IMG/VR virus record: IMGVR_UViG_3300005298_000015
Span: 1-39,959 of that record
DNA from: a virus
Lineage: Duplodnaviria; Caudoviricetes
Reading direction: 5' to 3' (one strand)
DNA length: 39,959 nt
Shown here piece after piece: positions 26,712 to 35,892 of the stretch (positions within the stretch are counted from its first letter, which is position 1; the number at the start of each line of letters is the position of its first letter). The translations under genes were made by a program, and so were the position numbers. A model generated the notes under the pieces. It had not been told where the DNA came from, did no database searches, and saw only the letters and a program-made list of their open reading frames with translations.

Positions 26712-27230
26712 TTATTTAGCAATAGCTTTATATAATTCTAAAAGATCTTCCTTCAAGTTTCTTCTTCCTTCAACCCCAGCATACCTTTCCATGAGCGATT
26801 TTTCCCGTTCCATTATCGGCTTACCAGCTACGATATTCTTTAGTTCAGCCTGCTTCTGAGCGTAAAAAGCACAAGCCGTTTCCCATTTTGTAATACCAGC
26901 TTCTTTTGCTAACTGTTCCACCTCTGCAAGTTTTTCCCTTGGTATGCCGTATCTGTCCATAATTTCATAGGCTTTTTGTAATTTTTTCTCGTTTTCTATA
27001 GTCTGCAATTTAACTTCCAGCTCTTTTGCTTTTTCATCAAACTGCTCGATTTTTTTGCTAATTTTTTCTTCTACTCTTTTTTTCTCTTTTGGTTCGGGAA
27101 TATAGTAATCGATATTGTACTGCTTAAACATCTGGTTTATTTTTTCACGCCATTCATCATCATATTGAATTTCCTCTAAAATCTTCTCAAATACCTTGGC
27201 TAATTCTTTAGGTATTTCCATCCTTTCCAT
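26712..27230 (-). CDS. putative scaffolding protein
   Basis: E/K-rich coiled-coil directly upstream of the capsid gene. Confidence 0.6.
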   Translation of the reverse strand: MERMEIPKELAKVFEKILEEIQYDDEWREKINQMFKQYNIDYYIPEPKEKKRVEEKISKKIEQFDEKAKELEVKLQTIENEKKLQKAYEIMDRYGIPREKLAEVEQLAKEAGITKWETACAFYAQKQAELKNIVAGKPIMEREKSLMERYAGVEGRRNLKEDLLELYKAIAK

Positions 27231-27232
27231 TG

Positions 27233-27376
27233 TTACTTACCCCTCTTTCTGGTAGGTTTATTAAACTTGCCCTCATACTTTGGATCAGTCAATCCAGGGC
27301 AAGCCTCTACGCCTTTTCCGGTAATTATTCCTGAATACTTTTCAGGACTATACACTTTAGTTTTCCCTTTAGCCAT
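27233..27376 (-). CDS. small basic protein (47 aa, MAKGKTKVYSPEKYSG...PTRKRGK), absent from the ORF track
   Basis: AGGAGGTG RBS, ATG 27376, TAA 27233-27235, stop just before the scaffold start. Confidence 0.75.
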   Translation of the reverse strand: MAKGKTKVYSPEKYSGIITGKGVEACPGLTDPKYEGKFNKPTRKRGK

Positions 27377-27471
27377 TGTTTACACCTCCTTATATAAATA
27401 TCTTAAATAACTTTGCTCTCCTTTTAAATATTTCTTTTATTCCTTCTTTTAAAATTTTACCAATTTTCATG

Positions 27472-27909
27472 TTAAACCTCAATTCCTTCTAAAACTCCCT
27501 CAGGTATTTCTTCTGTACCAGTTGGCGCTGGTGTAGGAGTAGCCACAGGAGCCGCAGTTGGTGAAACAGGCGAAGGAGTTCCAGCTGTTGGTGCTACCAT
27601 ATTCATCACGCTCTGAGCTTTCATTAATGCTTCATTAACATCTATTGCTTTTCCAACACGTTTCATTATATCAAGCGCTACATCGTTATAATCATCATAA
27701 GGCGGTGTAGTAGCTACCGCTTGAGCCAATACATAAATAAGTGCCAACGCTCCCTCTTTCATCACTTCCAACCCTTCAGGCGCAGGACCACTTAACTGAG
27801 CACGTAATACATCGGGCGACACAGGACCAGCTTCTAAAGTAGGAGGAACTGCTCCTGGCGTACCTCCTAATCCTAAAGCTCCTAAAATCTCAGTTTTTGG
27901 ATCTGCCAT
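27472..27909 (-). CDS. hypothetical Pro/Ala/Thr-rich protein
   Basis: 145 aa with AAGGAGGGTG RBS. Confidence 0.75.
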   Translation of the reverse strand: MADPKTEILGALGLGGTPGAVPPTLEAGPVSPDVLRAQLSGPAPEGLEVMKEGALALIYVLAQAVATTPPYDDYNDVALDIMKRVGKAIDVNEALMKAQSVMNMVAPTAGTPSPVSPTAAPVATPTPAPTGTEEIPEGVLEGIEV

Positions 27910-27973
27910 TCTTCACCCTCCTTAAGTAGTGGGGAGGCGTTCTAAAAAGATTAAAAAATATGTTTAAAAATGT

Positions 27974-28021
27974 TTATTTCCTGGATTTTTTCCTGGTCGC
28001 CCTCTTTTTGCGCCTTGCCAT
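27974..28021 (-). CDS. 15-aa basic peptide MARRKKRATRKKSRK
   Basis: AGGAGGTG RBS (28026-28033), ATG 28021, TAA 27974-27976; first ORF after a promoter. Confidence 0.65.
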   Translation of the reverse strand: MARRKKRATRKKSRK

Positions 28022-28085
28022 GGTGCACCTCCTATTTTAAAGTTTGGTTAAAGTTAATGTTAATAAACGCCTCCCCACCAATATC

Positions 28086-28113
28086 ATTATAACACCCTTA
28101 CAAAATTTTTCAA
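28086..28113 (-). promoter_or_regulatory. promoter of the head-gene operon
   Basis: Minus strand TTGAAA-N16-TATAAT with TG extension. Confidence 0.65.
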
Positions 28114-28120
28114 TAGCAAT

Positions 28121-28564
28121 TTAAAACAAAAGTTTAAAACCTTCAAGATATAGCCCCCTTTCTGCTTCTCTTCTTCTGATTAAACCTTTTAATTTTCTTC
28201 CGCCTGCAAAAACCCACTTTAAAAACTCGTCTGCAGCTTCCAGGTATTCTTGAGCATTTAACTTTCTTCTGAGTGTTGAAGCTTTAAAAGCATAAATTCC
28301 AACATTAAAACTAAAACTAATTAATGCATCAAGCATAAAAGGATGAATTTTTACTGTTATAAGAGGAGTTATAGCTTTTTCTACTTTTAAAAGATCAATT
28401 ATCAAAATAATTTCAGCTTCTTCTTTAGATAAAGGTGTTTTAATGTCTTCATCAGAAGTAATTACGTGACCGTAACCTATTGTTTTTACCCCAGCAGGAC
28501 ATAAATAAGGAACAGGTGAAAAACCTTCAAAGTGCTTAACTAATTCGATACATCGTGGAGTCAT
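28121..28564 (-). CDS. endolysin, GH24 lysozyme
   Basis: FEG...YLCPAG..TIGYGH (E-8x-C-5x-T triad), DALISFSFNVG, STL, GL.RRR.AE. Confidence 0.95.
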   Translation of the reverse strand: MTPRCIELVKHFEGFSPVPYLCPAGVKTIGYGHVITSDEDIKTPLSKEEAEIILIIDLLKVEKAITPLITVKIHPFMLDALISFSFNVGIYAFKASTLRRKLNAQEYLEAADEFLKWVFAGGRKLKGLIRRREAERGLYLEGFKLLF

Positions 28565-28566
28565 TT

Positions 28567-29040
28567 TTATAATCTACCAAAAACCCTTGAAAAGGCCCTG
28601 TGACCAAACCAAAAACTGATAATCGCTGCTACAAATTCATTTTCGCTTGAGGTCCAAATAAGAGGGATAGCCTCTAAGGTTCCTCCTGCTGTTTTCCACA
28701 TGGCTATTTTCATTGCTAACCAAAAAGCAATCACTAAATAAGTTATGGTAGGTCTGACAGTTTGGTTAAAAACATTAGCTAAAACTTGCAAAGCATCAAT
28801 CCAAGTTTTTCCAGTATGTTTAATTTCCATGGGGGCTGCGAAATCATAAACTTTTTTATCAAGCTCTATAGCAGCTAAAGCCTTTGCCTCTTCTATCCGT
28901 AAGGAAGCCATTTCTCTTTGATATTTTAATTGAAGTTCGAGCATTTCTATTTCTTGCTTATGACGCTGTTTTTCTTTGTAAAGTTTAATAACCTCAGGAA
29001 TCAAAGAACCTATTAAACCTACAATGCTACCTAAAAGCAT
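28567..29040 (-). CDS. putative holin
   Basis: Adjacent to lysozyme; VRP.ITY transmembrane segment and FWFG.R C-terminus. Confidence 0.65.
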   Translation of the reverse strand: MLLGSIVGLIGSLIPEVIKLYKEKQRHKQEIEMLELQLKYQREMASLRIEEAKALAAIELDKKVYDFAAPMEIKHTGKTWIDALQVLANVFNQTVRPTITYLVIAFWLAMKIAMWKTAGGTLEAIPLIWTSSENEFVAAIISFWFGHRAFSRVFGRL

Positions 29041-29051
29041 GTAATGCCTCC

Positions 29052-29339
29052 TTAAATGTGACCCTTTTTGTTTATTAAATCAATTAAAAAGTTAAACTTT
29101 TCGTCTATTCTGTTGCTCAAAATCTCTATTTTGTTTTCCAACCTTTCGTAAATATTTTCTATTTTGTCGTAAAGAGATTGGATTTCCCGCCAATGTAGGT
29201 CAAATCTTTCTTTGCAGTCCTTATATATCACGTCATAATGGTGGTTGTTTTTTCGATTACGTAAATAATCGTAAACTATTTTATACATCAAACCTATGGC
29301 CCCGCCTACTAATAGGTAGGTCACCCAGAAGTCGTTCAT
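29052..29339 (-). CDS. small membrane-anchored coiled-coil protein (lysis cassette)
   Basis: N-terminal hydrophobic helix followed by heptad-like region. Confidence 0.6.
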   Translation of the reverse strand: MNDFWVTYLLVGGAIGLMYKIVYDYLRNRKNNHHYDVIYKDCKERFDLHWREIQSLYDKIENIYERLENKIEILSNRIDEKFNFLIDLINKKGHI

Positions 29340-29340
29340 T

Positions 29341-29508
29341 TTATCTTCTCCTTTTCTTTTGTCGTTTCTGGGCTTGTTGTTTCCTTGTTTGAGAATAAGC
29401 TATAGCTACTGCTTGACGAGGTGGATAACCTTCGTCAATATAATGCCTAACCAAACGGTTGCGATATTGGGACCATGTTTCATCTTTCTTTTTACGAGGT
29501 CTTGGCAT
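29341..29508 (-). CDS. small basic protein (55 aa, MPRPRKKKDETWSQYR...QAVAIAYSQ...KKRRR), absent from the ORF track
   Basis: AGGAGG RBS, ATG 29508, TAA 29341-29343; fills the gap in the operon. Confidence 0.75.
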   Translation of the reverse strand: MPRPRKKKDETWSQYRNRLVRHYIDEGYPPRQAVAIAYSQTRKQQAQKRQKKRRR

Positions 29509-29518
29509 TTTAACCCTC

Positions 29519-29866
29519 CTATTCGTTTTGTTTAAAAGTAAACTTTATACGTATCCCAAAAATTTGGGATCCATCTTTTTTAGGTCTCCAACCTATATAA
29601 AACCTAAACCATTTACATCTAAAGCTGAACAAAGGCAAAATCAAATTCCAGCTTCTTTGGCTGTGGTAAGTATTCCATTCGGAAGGGTAATTCCCCGTGC
29701 CTATCCAGTAGTGGTCAAAATTGTGAAGGGGATTCCTTACAAAATACCAATAAATCCAAGCAAACCAACCATATTTATCAAAGTATCTCTGGGGTGGTAT
29801 AGGATCATCATAGTTACCAAAGGGATTCCATTTTGAATTCCAAATTTTAAGCAATCTTTCCTTCAT
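29519..29866 (-). CDS. hypothetical Trp-rich protein
   Basis: 115 aa, W..RNP..N and YIGWR motifs; in operon orientation. Confidence 0.7.
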   Translation of the reverse strand: MKERLLKIWNSKWNPFGNYDDPIPPQRYFDKYGWFAWIYWYFVRNPLHNFDHYWIGTGNYPSEWNTYHSQRSWNLILPLFSFRCKWFRFYIGWRPKKDGSQIFGIRIKFTFKQNE

Positions 29867-29868
29867 CT

Positions 29869-30078
29869 TTACTCTCCTGCAAATCTAAAAAATCCTTTCC
29901 CTTCTATATAAATATCTCCGACACTACCCCATTCTGTTGGTTTTAAAATAACTTCTTCTTTTCTTACAACTGTACCATCTTCCTTAGCTAAGACAATATC
30001 AGGTACTGATTCCAAACTTTCAACTTCTATTACGTTTATTACTTCACCAGTTTTAGGATCTATACAAGCCACTCGCAT
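29869..30078 (-). CDS. small tail-fibre-associated protein
   Basis: AGGAGGTGA RBS; G.VINVI...VGD.Y pattern downstream of a Gly-rich fibre gene. Confidence 0.6.
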   Translation of the reverse strand: MRVACIDPKTGEVINVIEVESLESVPDIVLAKEDGTVVRKEEVILKPTEWGSVGDIYIEGKGFFRFAGE

Positions 30079-30093
30079 TCAATCACCTCCTTT

Positions 30094-30891
30094 TTAAAGG
30101 AGATAAATTATCTTTACAATACCTGAGGCTCCTGCTCCTCCTGTATAAACAGACCACCAGGGATCACCTGCTCCTCCTCCTCCAGCACCTCTACCTTGCC
30201 CTGCTTCGCCGTTTCCATCTCTTCCTCCTTTTCCACCCCTTCCCCACATAGAAGGCTGTCCAGGGTAGCCCATGCCCCCATAATAAAAACTCCCTCTACC
30301 TCCTATACCACCACTAACAGATATTAATGTTCCTGATATACTACCTGATACACTTGTTGTTCCTCCATTTCCTCCGTTATTATCTCCGTAACCTCCGCTT
30401 CCTCCTGCTCCAATTGTTATCGTCAATGTTTCACCTGGAGTAACGTTTACAATTGATATATCAGTAAAACCACAGTAACCTCCCTCTCCTGCTCTCCCTG
30501 ATTCGTAACCACAAGCACCACCACCGCCACCACCTCCACCAGTAGCAATAATTTGTAATTTCGTTACTCCTTGAGGAACCACCCAATTTGTTGAAGAAGT
30601 GAAAGTAACTGATTGAAGTTGTCCACTGGGCAGGCCTATACCAATAACAGGTATCCAACCTGCATCTATTTTCCCGTCATCTTTAGCTACTGGTATGGTA
30701 TTAGGAGCAGGTGTTTTGCTTGCATGATATCCATCTGTTTTGTCTGAATCTTTTGCTTTCTGCGTTAATGGATCATCATCTACAAAACACTTAGCTAATG
30801 CCTCAAAATTATCATTGGCTTCATTTAAATCTTCCAAAACTTGATTTGTTGCCGTTCCATAATACTCAAACGGCCTTTTGGTGTAAGGCAT
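30094..30891 (-). CDS. tail fibre with glycine-rich domain
   Basis: FTSS..W.VP.GVT......GGGGGGG and GASGIV.I; N-terminus paralogous to 30904-33039. Confidence 0.75.
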   Translation of the reverse strand: MPYTKRPFEYYGTATNQVLEDLNEANDNFEALAKCFVDDDPLTQKAKDSDKTDGYHASKTPAPNTIPVAKDDGKIDAGWIPVIGIGLPSGQLQSVTFTSSTNWVVPQGVTKLQIIATGGGGGGGGACGYESGRAGEGGYCGFTDISIVNVTPGETLTITIGAGGSGGYGDNNGGNGGTTSVSGSISGTLISVSGGIGGRGSFYYGGMGYPGQPSMWGRGGKGGRDGNGEAGQGRGAGGGGAGDPWWSVYTGGAGASGIVKIIYLL

Positions 30892-30903
30892 TGTTATCCT
30901 CCA

Positions 30904-33039
30904 CTAAAAAGTATACCAATTCGATCCATCGCTAACTACCCTCACAATTCCATATTGCGCTGTGATGTTAACAGAAGACTGCCCATCGATAGTTTGCCCA
31001 CTTTGAGGTGAAACGGTTACAGTGTTTGAGGAACTGTCAATTTTCTTGATAATATACTGCCTTCCTGCGCAAGTCGTAGCGTCGGGAAGAGTTATTGTTC
31101 TGCTACCATCTGAAGCATTAACAAGAACAACATGATGATCTGCCCCAAGTGTTGTATTTGATGTAACTGTATGTACTCGTGTTGCAAAAGAGCCGTAACA
31201 GTGCAATTTGCTACTCGGAGCCGTAGTTCCAATACCAACATTGCCGGTATGTGTAATTGACATTCTCGGTACTGGATACTCAGAAATGGTACTAGACGTC
31301 GCAAAATCTAACCTTACGTTCTTACCCCATGTATCTGTCGCATATGCTTCTATGTACGCTTGTCTCCCCCTTTGGTTGGCTTCATCTATATTTGAGTCCC
31401 ATGTTAGCGAAAACCACAAACGAGCTGCATTTCCAACCTCTTCAGTCTGTTGCCCATGAATAACAACTTCTCCTCTCCCAGTAGCATTTTTTATATGTAA
31501 CATTCTGGTTGGTGCTGTTATCCCAATACCAACCTTGCCATATATTGTTCCTCCGCTACCTCTGTTCAAATAAGCCGGGAAGGGATCAAGTTCATAATTA
31601 GTCCAAACCACTTCAAAAATATGCATATATCCAAAACCAGGTTTTGGAGCTTGTAAAATAATTTTGATTTTTTTTGTTCCATATGCTTGTGTACCAGTCA
31701 ATAAAACATAAACACCTTGCTCAGCAGGCCAATTGGTTTGAGTATCAGATAATGAAAGCTGATCGTTTGCATCATAAAATTCAACCGTAAATTGGGAAGG
31801 GGCATAATTAGGATAAAAATAAATTATAAATTGACGCATATACGAGTAAGCAGTTTCTAAATTGAAAGTAATTGTTACTGGGGCATCTGAGGCATTCCAA
31901 TAAACGGGAGCACCTCTTCCGTCTACTAATTGACTTAAGCTGCCATAAGCTGGTGTTTTATCTGAAGTTATAGAGCCTCCTTTGTATGGTAAAAATAACA
32001 ATTGGTTAAAAGCCCCTGGAACAATTAAGGGCAATCCACCTCTACCATAACCTGTAAAATCGGTAAAAAAGCCAAAAATTTCGGAAGGTTGTTTGTTTGA
32101 AAGATCAGCACCCAAATATTTACCGCCTGCTATTATAACGTTTCCATTAACTTCTAATGATTCAGAAGGGGTTGTTATACCTATGCCAATCTTATTATTC
32201 ACAATTAAGTTATCCAAAGTCACATCTTCCGGTAACCAACCCTCATCAATTTTCCCATCTGAACCCGCCACAGGAATAGTGTTTGCTGTTGGGGTTTGTG
32301 ATGCGTGATAGCCATCAAGTTTATCTGCATCTAATCCGCTTCCTGAACCTTGAGGACTAATCGTATCTGGGGCTTGGGTGCCTGTATGATTAGCCCTGTT
32401 CAAATAATAACTTCCTTCTTGTCCGTCCAATTTATCAGCATCCAGGCCACTGCCGCTACCCTGTGGACTAATCGTGGATGGTGGTTGAGTGCCAATGTGA
32501 TGGGTTCTGTCTAAATAATAACTTCCTTCCTGGCCATCTAATTTATCAGCATCTAACCCAGAGTTGTGGCCTTGAGGGTTAATAGTATTTGGTGGTTGGG
32601 TTCCTGTATGATTAGCTCGGTTTAAGTAATAATCTCCGTGTTGTCCGTCTAATAAATCAGCATCAAGTGTTGACCCAGATCCTTGGGGATTAATAGAACT
32701 GGGAGGTTGTGTCCCGGTGTGATTAGCCCGATCTAAATAATAACTACCATGTTGCCCATCAAGTAAATCAGTATCAAGATTGCTTCCTGAACCTTGAGGG
32801 ATCCATCCTAAGTTAATTTTACCTGTACTTTCAGCTACAGGAATTGTATCAGCTGAAGGGGTTTGTGAAGCATGATAACCATCTACTTTATCAGAGTCTT
32901 TTGCTTTTTGTGTAGCTGGATCATTATCCACAAAACAATCAGCAAGCATTTCAAAGTTGGTGTTTGCTTCGTTTAAGTCCTGCTCAATCTGATTTTCAGC
33001 TTCACCCTCGTATTCAAAAGGTCTTCTGGTATAAGGCAT
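30904..33039 (-). CDS. tail fibre protein with internal repeats
   Basis: DADKLDG repeats, three VGIG.T.P...L-type motifs, C-terminal TITLP...G....IKK.D domain. Confidence 0.8.
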   Translation of the reverse strand: MPYTRRPFEYEGEAENQIEQDLNEANTNFEMLADCFVDNDPATQKAKDSDKVDGYHASQTPSADTIPVAESTGKINLGWIPQGSGSNLDTDLLDGQHGSYYLDRANHTGTQPPSSINPQGSGSTLDADLLDGQHGDYYLNRANHTGTQPPNTINPQGHNSGLDADKLDGQEGSYYLDRTHHIGTQPPSTISPQGSGSGLDADKLDGQEGSYYLNRANHTGTQAPDTISPQGSGSGLDADKLDGYHASQTPTANTIPVAGSDGKIDEGWLPEDVTLDNLIVNNKIGIGITTPSESLEVNGNVIIAGGKYLGADLSNKQPSEIFGFFTDFTGYGRGGLPLIVPGAFNQLLFLPYKGGSITSDKTPAYGSLSQLVDGRGAPVYWNASDAPVTITFNLETAYSYMRQFIIYFYPNYAPSQFTVEFYDANDQLSLSDTQTNWPAEQGVYVLLTGTQAYGTKKIKIILQAPKPGFGYMHIFEVVWTNYELDPFPAYLNRGSGGTIYGKVGIGITAPTRMLHIKNATGRGEVVIHGQQTEEVGNAARLWFSLTWDSNIDEANQRGRQAYIEAYATDTWGKNVRLDFATSSTISEYPVPRMSITHTGNVGIGTTAPSSKLHCYGSFATRVHTVTSNTTLGADHHVVLVNASDGSRTITLPDATTCAGRQYIIKKIDSSSNTVTVSPQSGQTIDGQSSVNITAQYGIVRVVSDGSNWYTF
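32311..32799 (-). repeat. 111-bp (37-aa) tandem repeat, four full copies plus a partial
   Basis: Consensus PQGSGSGLDADKLDGQ.GSYYL.RANHTGTQPP.TI. at aa 81-243. Confidence 0.9.
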
Positions 33040-33096
33040 ACTACTCCTCCTCCTAATTTTTTTATAACACTGTTTCTTTTAAAATCAATAACCTTC

Positions 33097-33336
33097 TTAA
33101 CCTATAACCCCTAACTGAACCAATTCTTCTAAAGTAATTCCTTCTAAACGTCCTTTAGAAGCAGCTTTTTGAATAATATATTCGGCCACTGTTCGAGCCG
33201 CCGCTTCTGTTGCAAAACCCTGATAACCGCCCACACAAGGTATAAAAGGCTGATCTATTATGGGAATGTTCCCAATCTTAATACGATACCCCCAACCACC
33301 ATAAGGGCTTGGGTAAACTTCGTAAGTAAAGTTCAT
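33097..33336 (-). CDS. DUF4907-like small protein
   Basis: GWGY.I......I.QP.IP...G..GF.T...A..VA pattern; AGGAGGTG RBS. Confidence 0.6.
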   Translation of the reverse strand: MNFTYEVYPSPYGGWGYRIKIGNIPIIDQPFIPCVGGYQGFATEAAARTVAEYIIQKAASKGRLEGITLEELVQLGVIG

Positions 33337-33348
33337 GGTAACACCTCC

Positions 33349-34410
33349 TTAAGGGTATATGTTTGTAAGTTGCCAAAAATCGTTTAAAATATAACTTAAA
33401 TACTCAAAAATTTCTCCTGTTCCTATATAAGCACTATTATTTATTACAAAAACAGTAGCGTCTTCTATATCGTATTCTAATTTTAATAGTGCATGCCAAA
33501 TATTGTTATAAGGATCATAAAACCAAATATCACGCAAACCTCCAGCTATATATCCATAATTTCCTATGTTAAATCCTACTGGTCTAAATCTTGCTGAGGC
33601 TGGAAACATGTATATTTGAGTCCAAGTATTGTTTGAAGGATCATATTTCCAAAAGTCTCTTAAAAGTTTAGAAGGAGTTTCGCCCATTCCTACATAACTA
33701 TATTGTTTTATAGAAAAAGCTGCTGCTCCTCTTCTTGCTTCGCCCCCTAAATCACTCACTTGTGTCCAAGTGTTATTTGAAGGGTCGTAACGATAAAACC
33801 ATTTACGAGTATAGTGATTTAAATCTGCACCAGTTCCTACATAAGCATAATTGTTTATAGTAAAAGCAACAGCTAAATATATTTGAATAGGAAAATCTGT
33901 TATTTGAGTCCAAATATTATTTAAAGGATCATAACGCCAAAAATCCTGAGAAGGACCCCATCTATCTTCTTCATCAACCCATCCTGTTCCTACATAAGCA
34001 TATTCACCTATAACAAAAGCAACAGCCCAATACCTTCTTATAGGATGATCAGCTATCTGAGTCCAAACATTTATAGAAGGGTCGTAGCGATAAAAATCTT
34101 TACAAGCTTCTTCGCTCTCTCCTGTTCCAACATAACCATAGTTATTTATAGCAAAAGAAACAGCTCTATACCTTTCAGCGCCTATAAATTTTGAAATCTT
34201 TTTTAATCTTGCTCCTGAAACGGAAGGTTTACCCCAAAAGACCCATTTATTACCATCCCATATGACGTAATTTTTAAAATCAGTATCATAAACAATCTCA
34301 TAATCATTAGGTGATAATTGACGTCTTTCCTGAGTAGAAAGGAATTTAACTGTTTTTGCTTTTATTAAAGACCTTACATAATTAAATTTTTCTTCAAAAT
34401 TGGTGCTCAT
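33349..34410 (-). CDS. Kelch-repeat beta-propeller protein
   Basis: About six repeats of R..A.AF.I...YVGTG...DF.RYDP..N.WTQI. Confidence 0.9.
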   Translation of the reverse strand: MSTNFEEKFNYVRSLIKAKTVKFLSTQERRQLSPNDYEIVYDTDFKNYVIWDGNKWVFWGKPSVSGARLKKISKFIGAERYRAVSFAINNYGYVGTGESEEACKDFYRYDPSINVWTQIADHPIRRYWAVAFVIGEYAYVGTGWVDEEDRWGPSQDFWRYDPLNNIWTQITDFPIQIYLAVAFTINNYAYVGTGADLNHYTRKWFYRYDPSNNTWTQVSDLGGEARRGAAAFSIKQYSYVGMGETPSKLLRDFWKYDPSNNTWTQIYMFPASARFRPVGFNIGNYGYIAGGLRDIWFYDPYNNIWHALLKLEYDIEDATVFVINNSAYIGTGEIFEYLSYILNDFWQLTNIYP

Positions 34411-34419
34411 TTTGCTCCT

Positions 34420-35889
34420 TTACTGATAAACAATAGTTATTTTAAGAAGATATAAATGGGTGTCTTCAACTTCTTCGTTATCCCATGCACCTGTATGCAC
34501 AATACCTCCCCAATAAACATTATACTCATCAATAGGCCACACAACTCCCCCTGCGGCAGTGTAAGGTATTTCAAAAGCTACTTCCCATTGATTGGTGTTA
34601 GGATCATAACTTAAGAAATTACGAGGATGTTCATATTTAGCATATTGATAACCTCTTGTGCCTCCACCTATGTAGCCACGATTTTCTAAAGTAAAACCTA
34701 CCGCAAGAAACCTACCTACATTTTCAGCATTAGGAATTCGAGTCCAAGTGTTTGTAGAAGGATCATATTTATAAAAATCGCTCAAATTATAAAAAGGACT
34801 ATATTCATTACGAGAAGCTTTGCCAGCTCCAACATATGCATAATCGCCAATCACAAAAGAAGTGGCCCAAAATCTTCCTGCTACTACTACATCAGGTAAA
34901 TCAGCTACTTGTGTCCAAGTATTAGTATTAGGATCGTAACGATAAAAATCTTTAAAGTAGTGGCTATACGAATCATCTCCCGTTCCGACATATGCATGAT
35001 TATTAATTACAAAAGCTACTGCTCCTGCTCTTGGATATCCAGGTAAATCTGCTATTTGAGTCCAGGTATTTGTATTAGGATCATAACGCCAAAAATCTTG
35101 AGAACAATTATAAGATGAAAACAATCCTGTTCCTGCATATCCATATCCTTGTAAACTAAAGCCAACTAAACCAGCTCTCTCGCCTCCACCAAAGTCTGCT
35201 ATTTGAGTCCACACTTTTTCAACAAAATTAAACTTATAAAATTCTTTATAAATTGTCCATACTTGGAAATATTGGCTATACAATCCTCCAGCTCCTATAT
35301 AGCCATTTCCGTTTATAATAAAGCCTACTGGCAATTCCAAAAGTGATGGGGTGAAGGTTACTCTTTCTACTCTCGATCCATACGTTGACATACCAGTTAA
35401 AAAATCCCATTTTTCACCATTCCAAATTGCAAAACATTTACAATCAGTATCATAAACTACCAATCCTTCGTTTTTATAAGCCAAAGCACGTCTTTCTTCT
35501 GCTGAAGCGACTATAAAGGAGAAAGGTTCCTTTTTTAATATAACCACCCAAAAGCAAGCGTTATCAAAATATACTTGATCGCCTTTTTTAACCGATGTTA
35601 AATCAACTTTTATAGTAAACCATAAAGTAGTTCCTGAAAAAATACCAATTTGGTTAAACTCTCCCCAGTCACTTAAAGCACGAGGGAAAGATATAGGCTG
35701 TTTGTTGGTAATATAAAAAGCATCTTCATCTTCATACAATTCTAAATGAAAAGAAGGGGTTATCGGTATTCTTCGATAATTGCTTCCAGAAAGTTCTACT
35801 CCGTCTTTTAAAAGCCCAATGTCGGTTATCGAGTTAAAAATTAAGTCAACAAATCCTTTTTTAACTATATCCCACAACATTGTGCTCAT
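34420..35889 (-). CDS. Kelch-repeat protein with N-terminal tail-fibre-like domain
   Basis: Kelch repeats as above; N-terminal ELSGSNY.R...N...I.FP.A..DWG.....GIF. Confidence 0.88.
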   Translation of the reverse strand: MSTMLWDIVKKGFVDLIFNSITDIGLLKDGVELSGSNYRRIPITPSFHLELYEDEDAFYITNKQPISFPRALSDWGEFNQIGIFSGTTLWFTIKVDLTSVKKGDQVYFDNACFWVVILKKEPFSFIVASAEERRALAYKNEGLVVYDTDCKCFAIWNGEKWDFLTGMSTYGSRVERVTFTPSLLELPVGFIINGNGYIGAGGLYSQYFQVWTIYKEFYKFNFVEKVWTQIADFGGGERAGLVGFSLQGYGYAGTGLFSSYNCSQDFWRYDPNTNTWTQIADLPGYPRAGAVAFVINNHAYVGTGDDSYSHYFKDFYRYDPNTNTWTQVADLPDVVVAGRFWATSFVIGDYAYVGAGKASRNEYSPFYNLSDFYKYDPSTNTWTRIPNAENVGRFLAVGFTLENRGYIGGGTRGYQYAKYEHPRNFLSYDPNTNQWEVAFEIPYTAAGGVVWPIDEYNVYWGGIVHTGAWDNEEVEDTHLYLLKITIVYQ

Positions 35890-35892
35890 TTA

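Noticed and set aside
29459-29836. 125-aa plus-strand ORF
   Set aside because: Antisense to tightly packed minus-strand genes that have RBSs; TTG start without RBS
33349-35889. Diversity-generating retroelement acting on Kelch or fibre genes
   Set aside because: No reverse transcriptase seen and no template/variable repeat pair differing only at adenines
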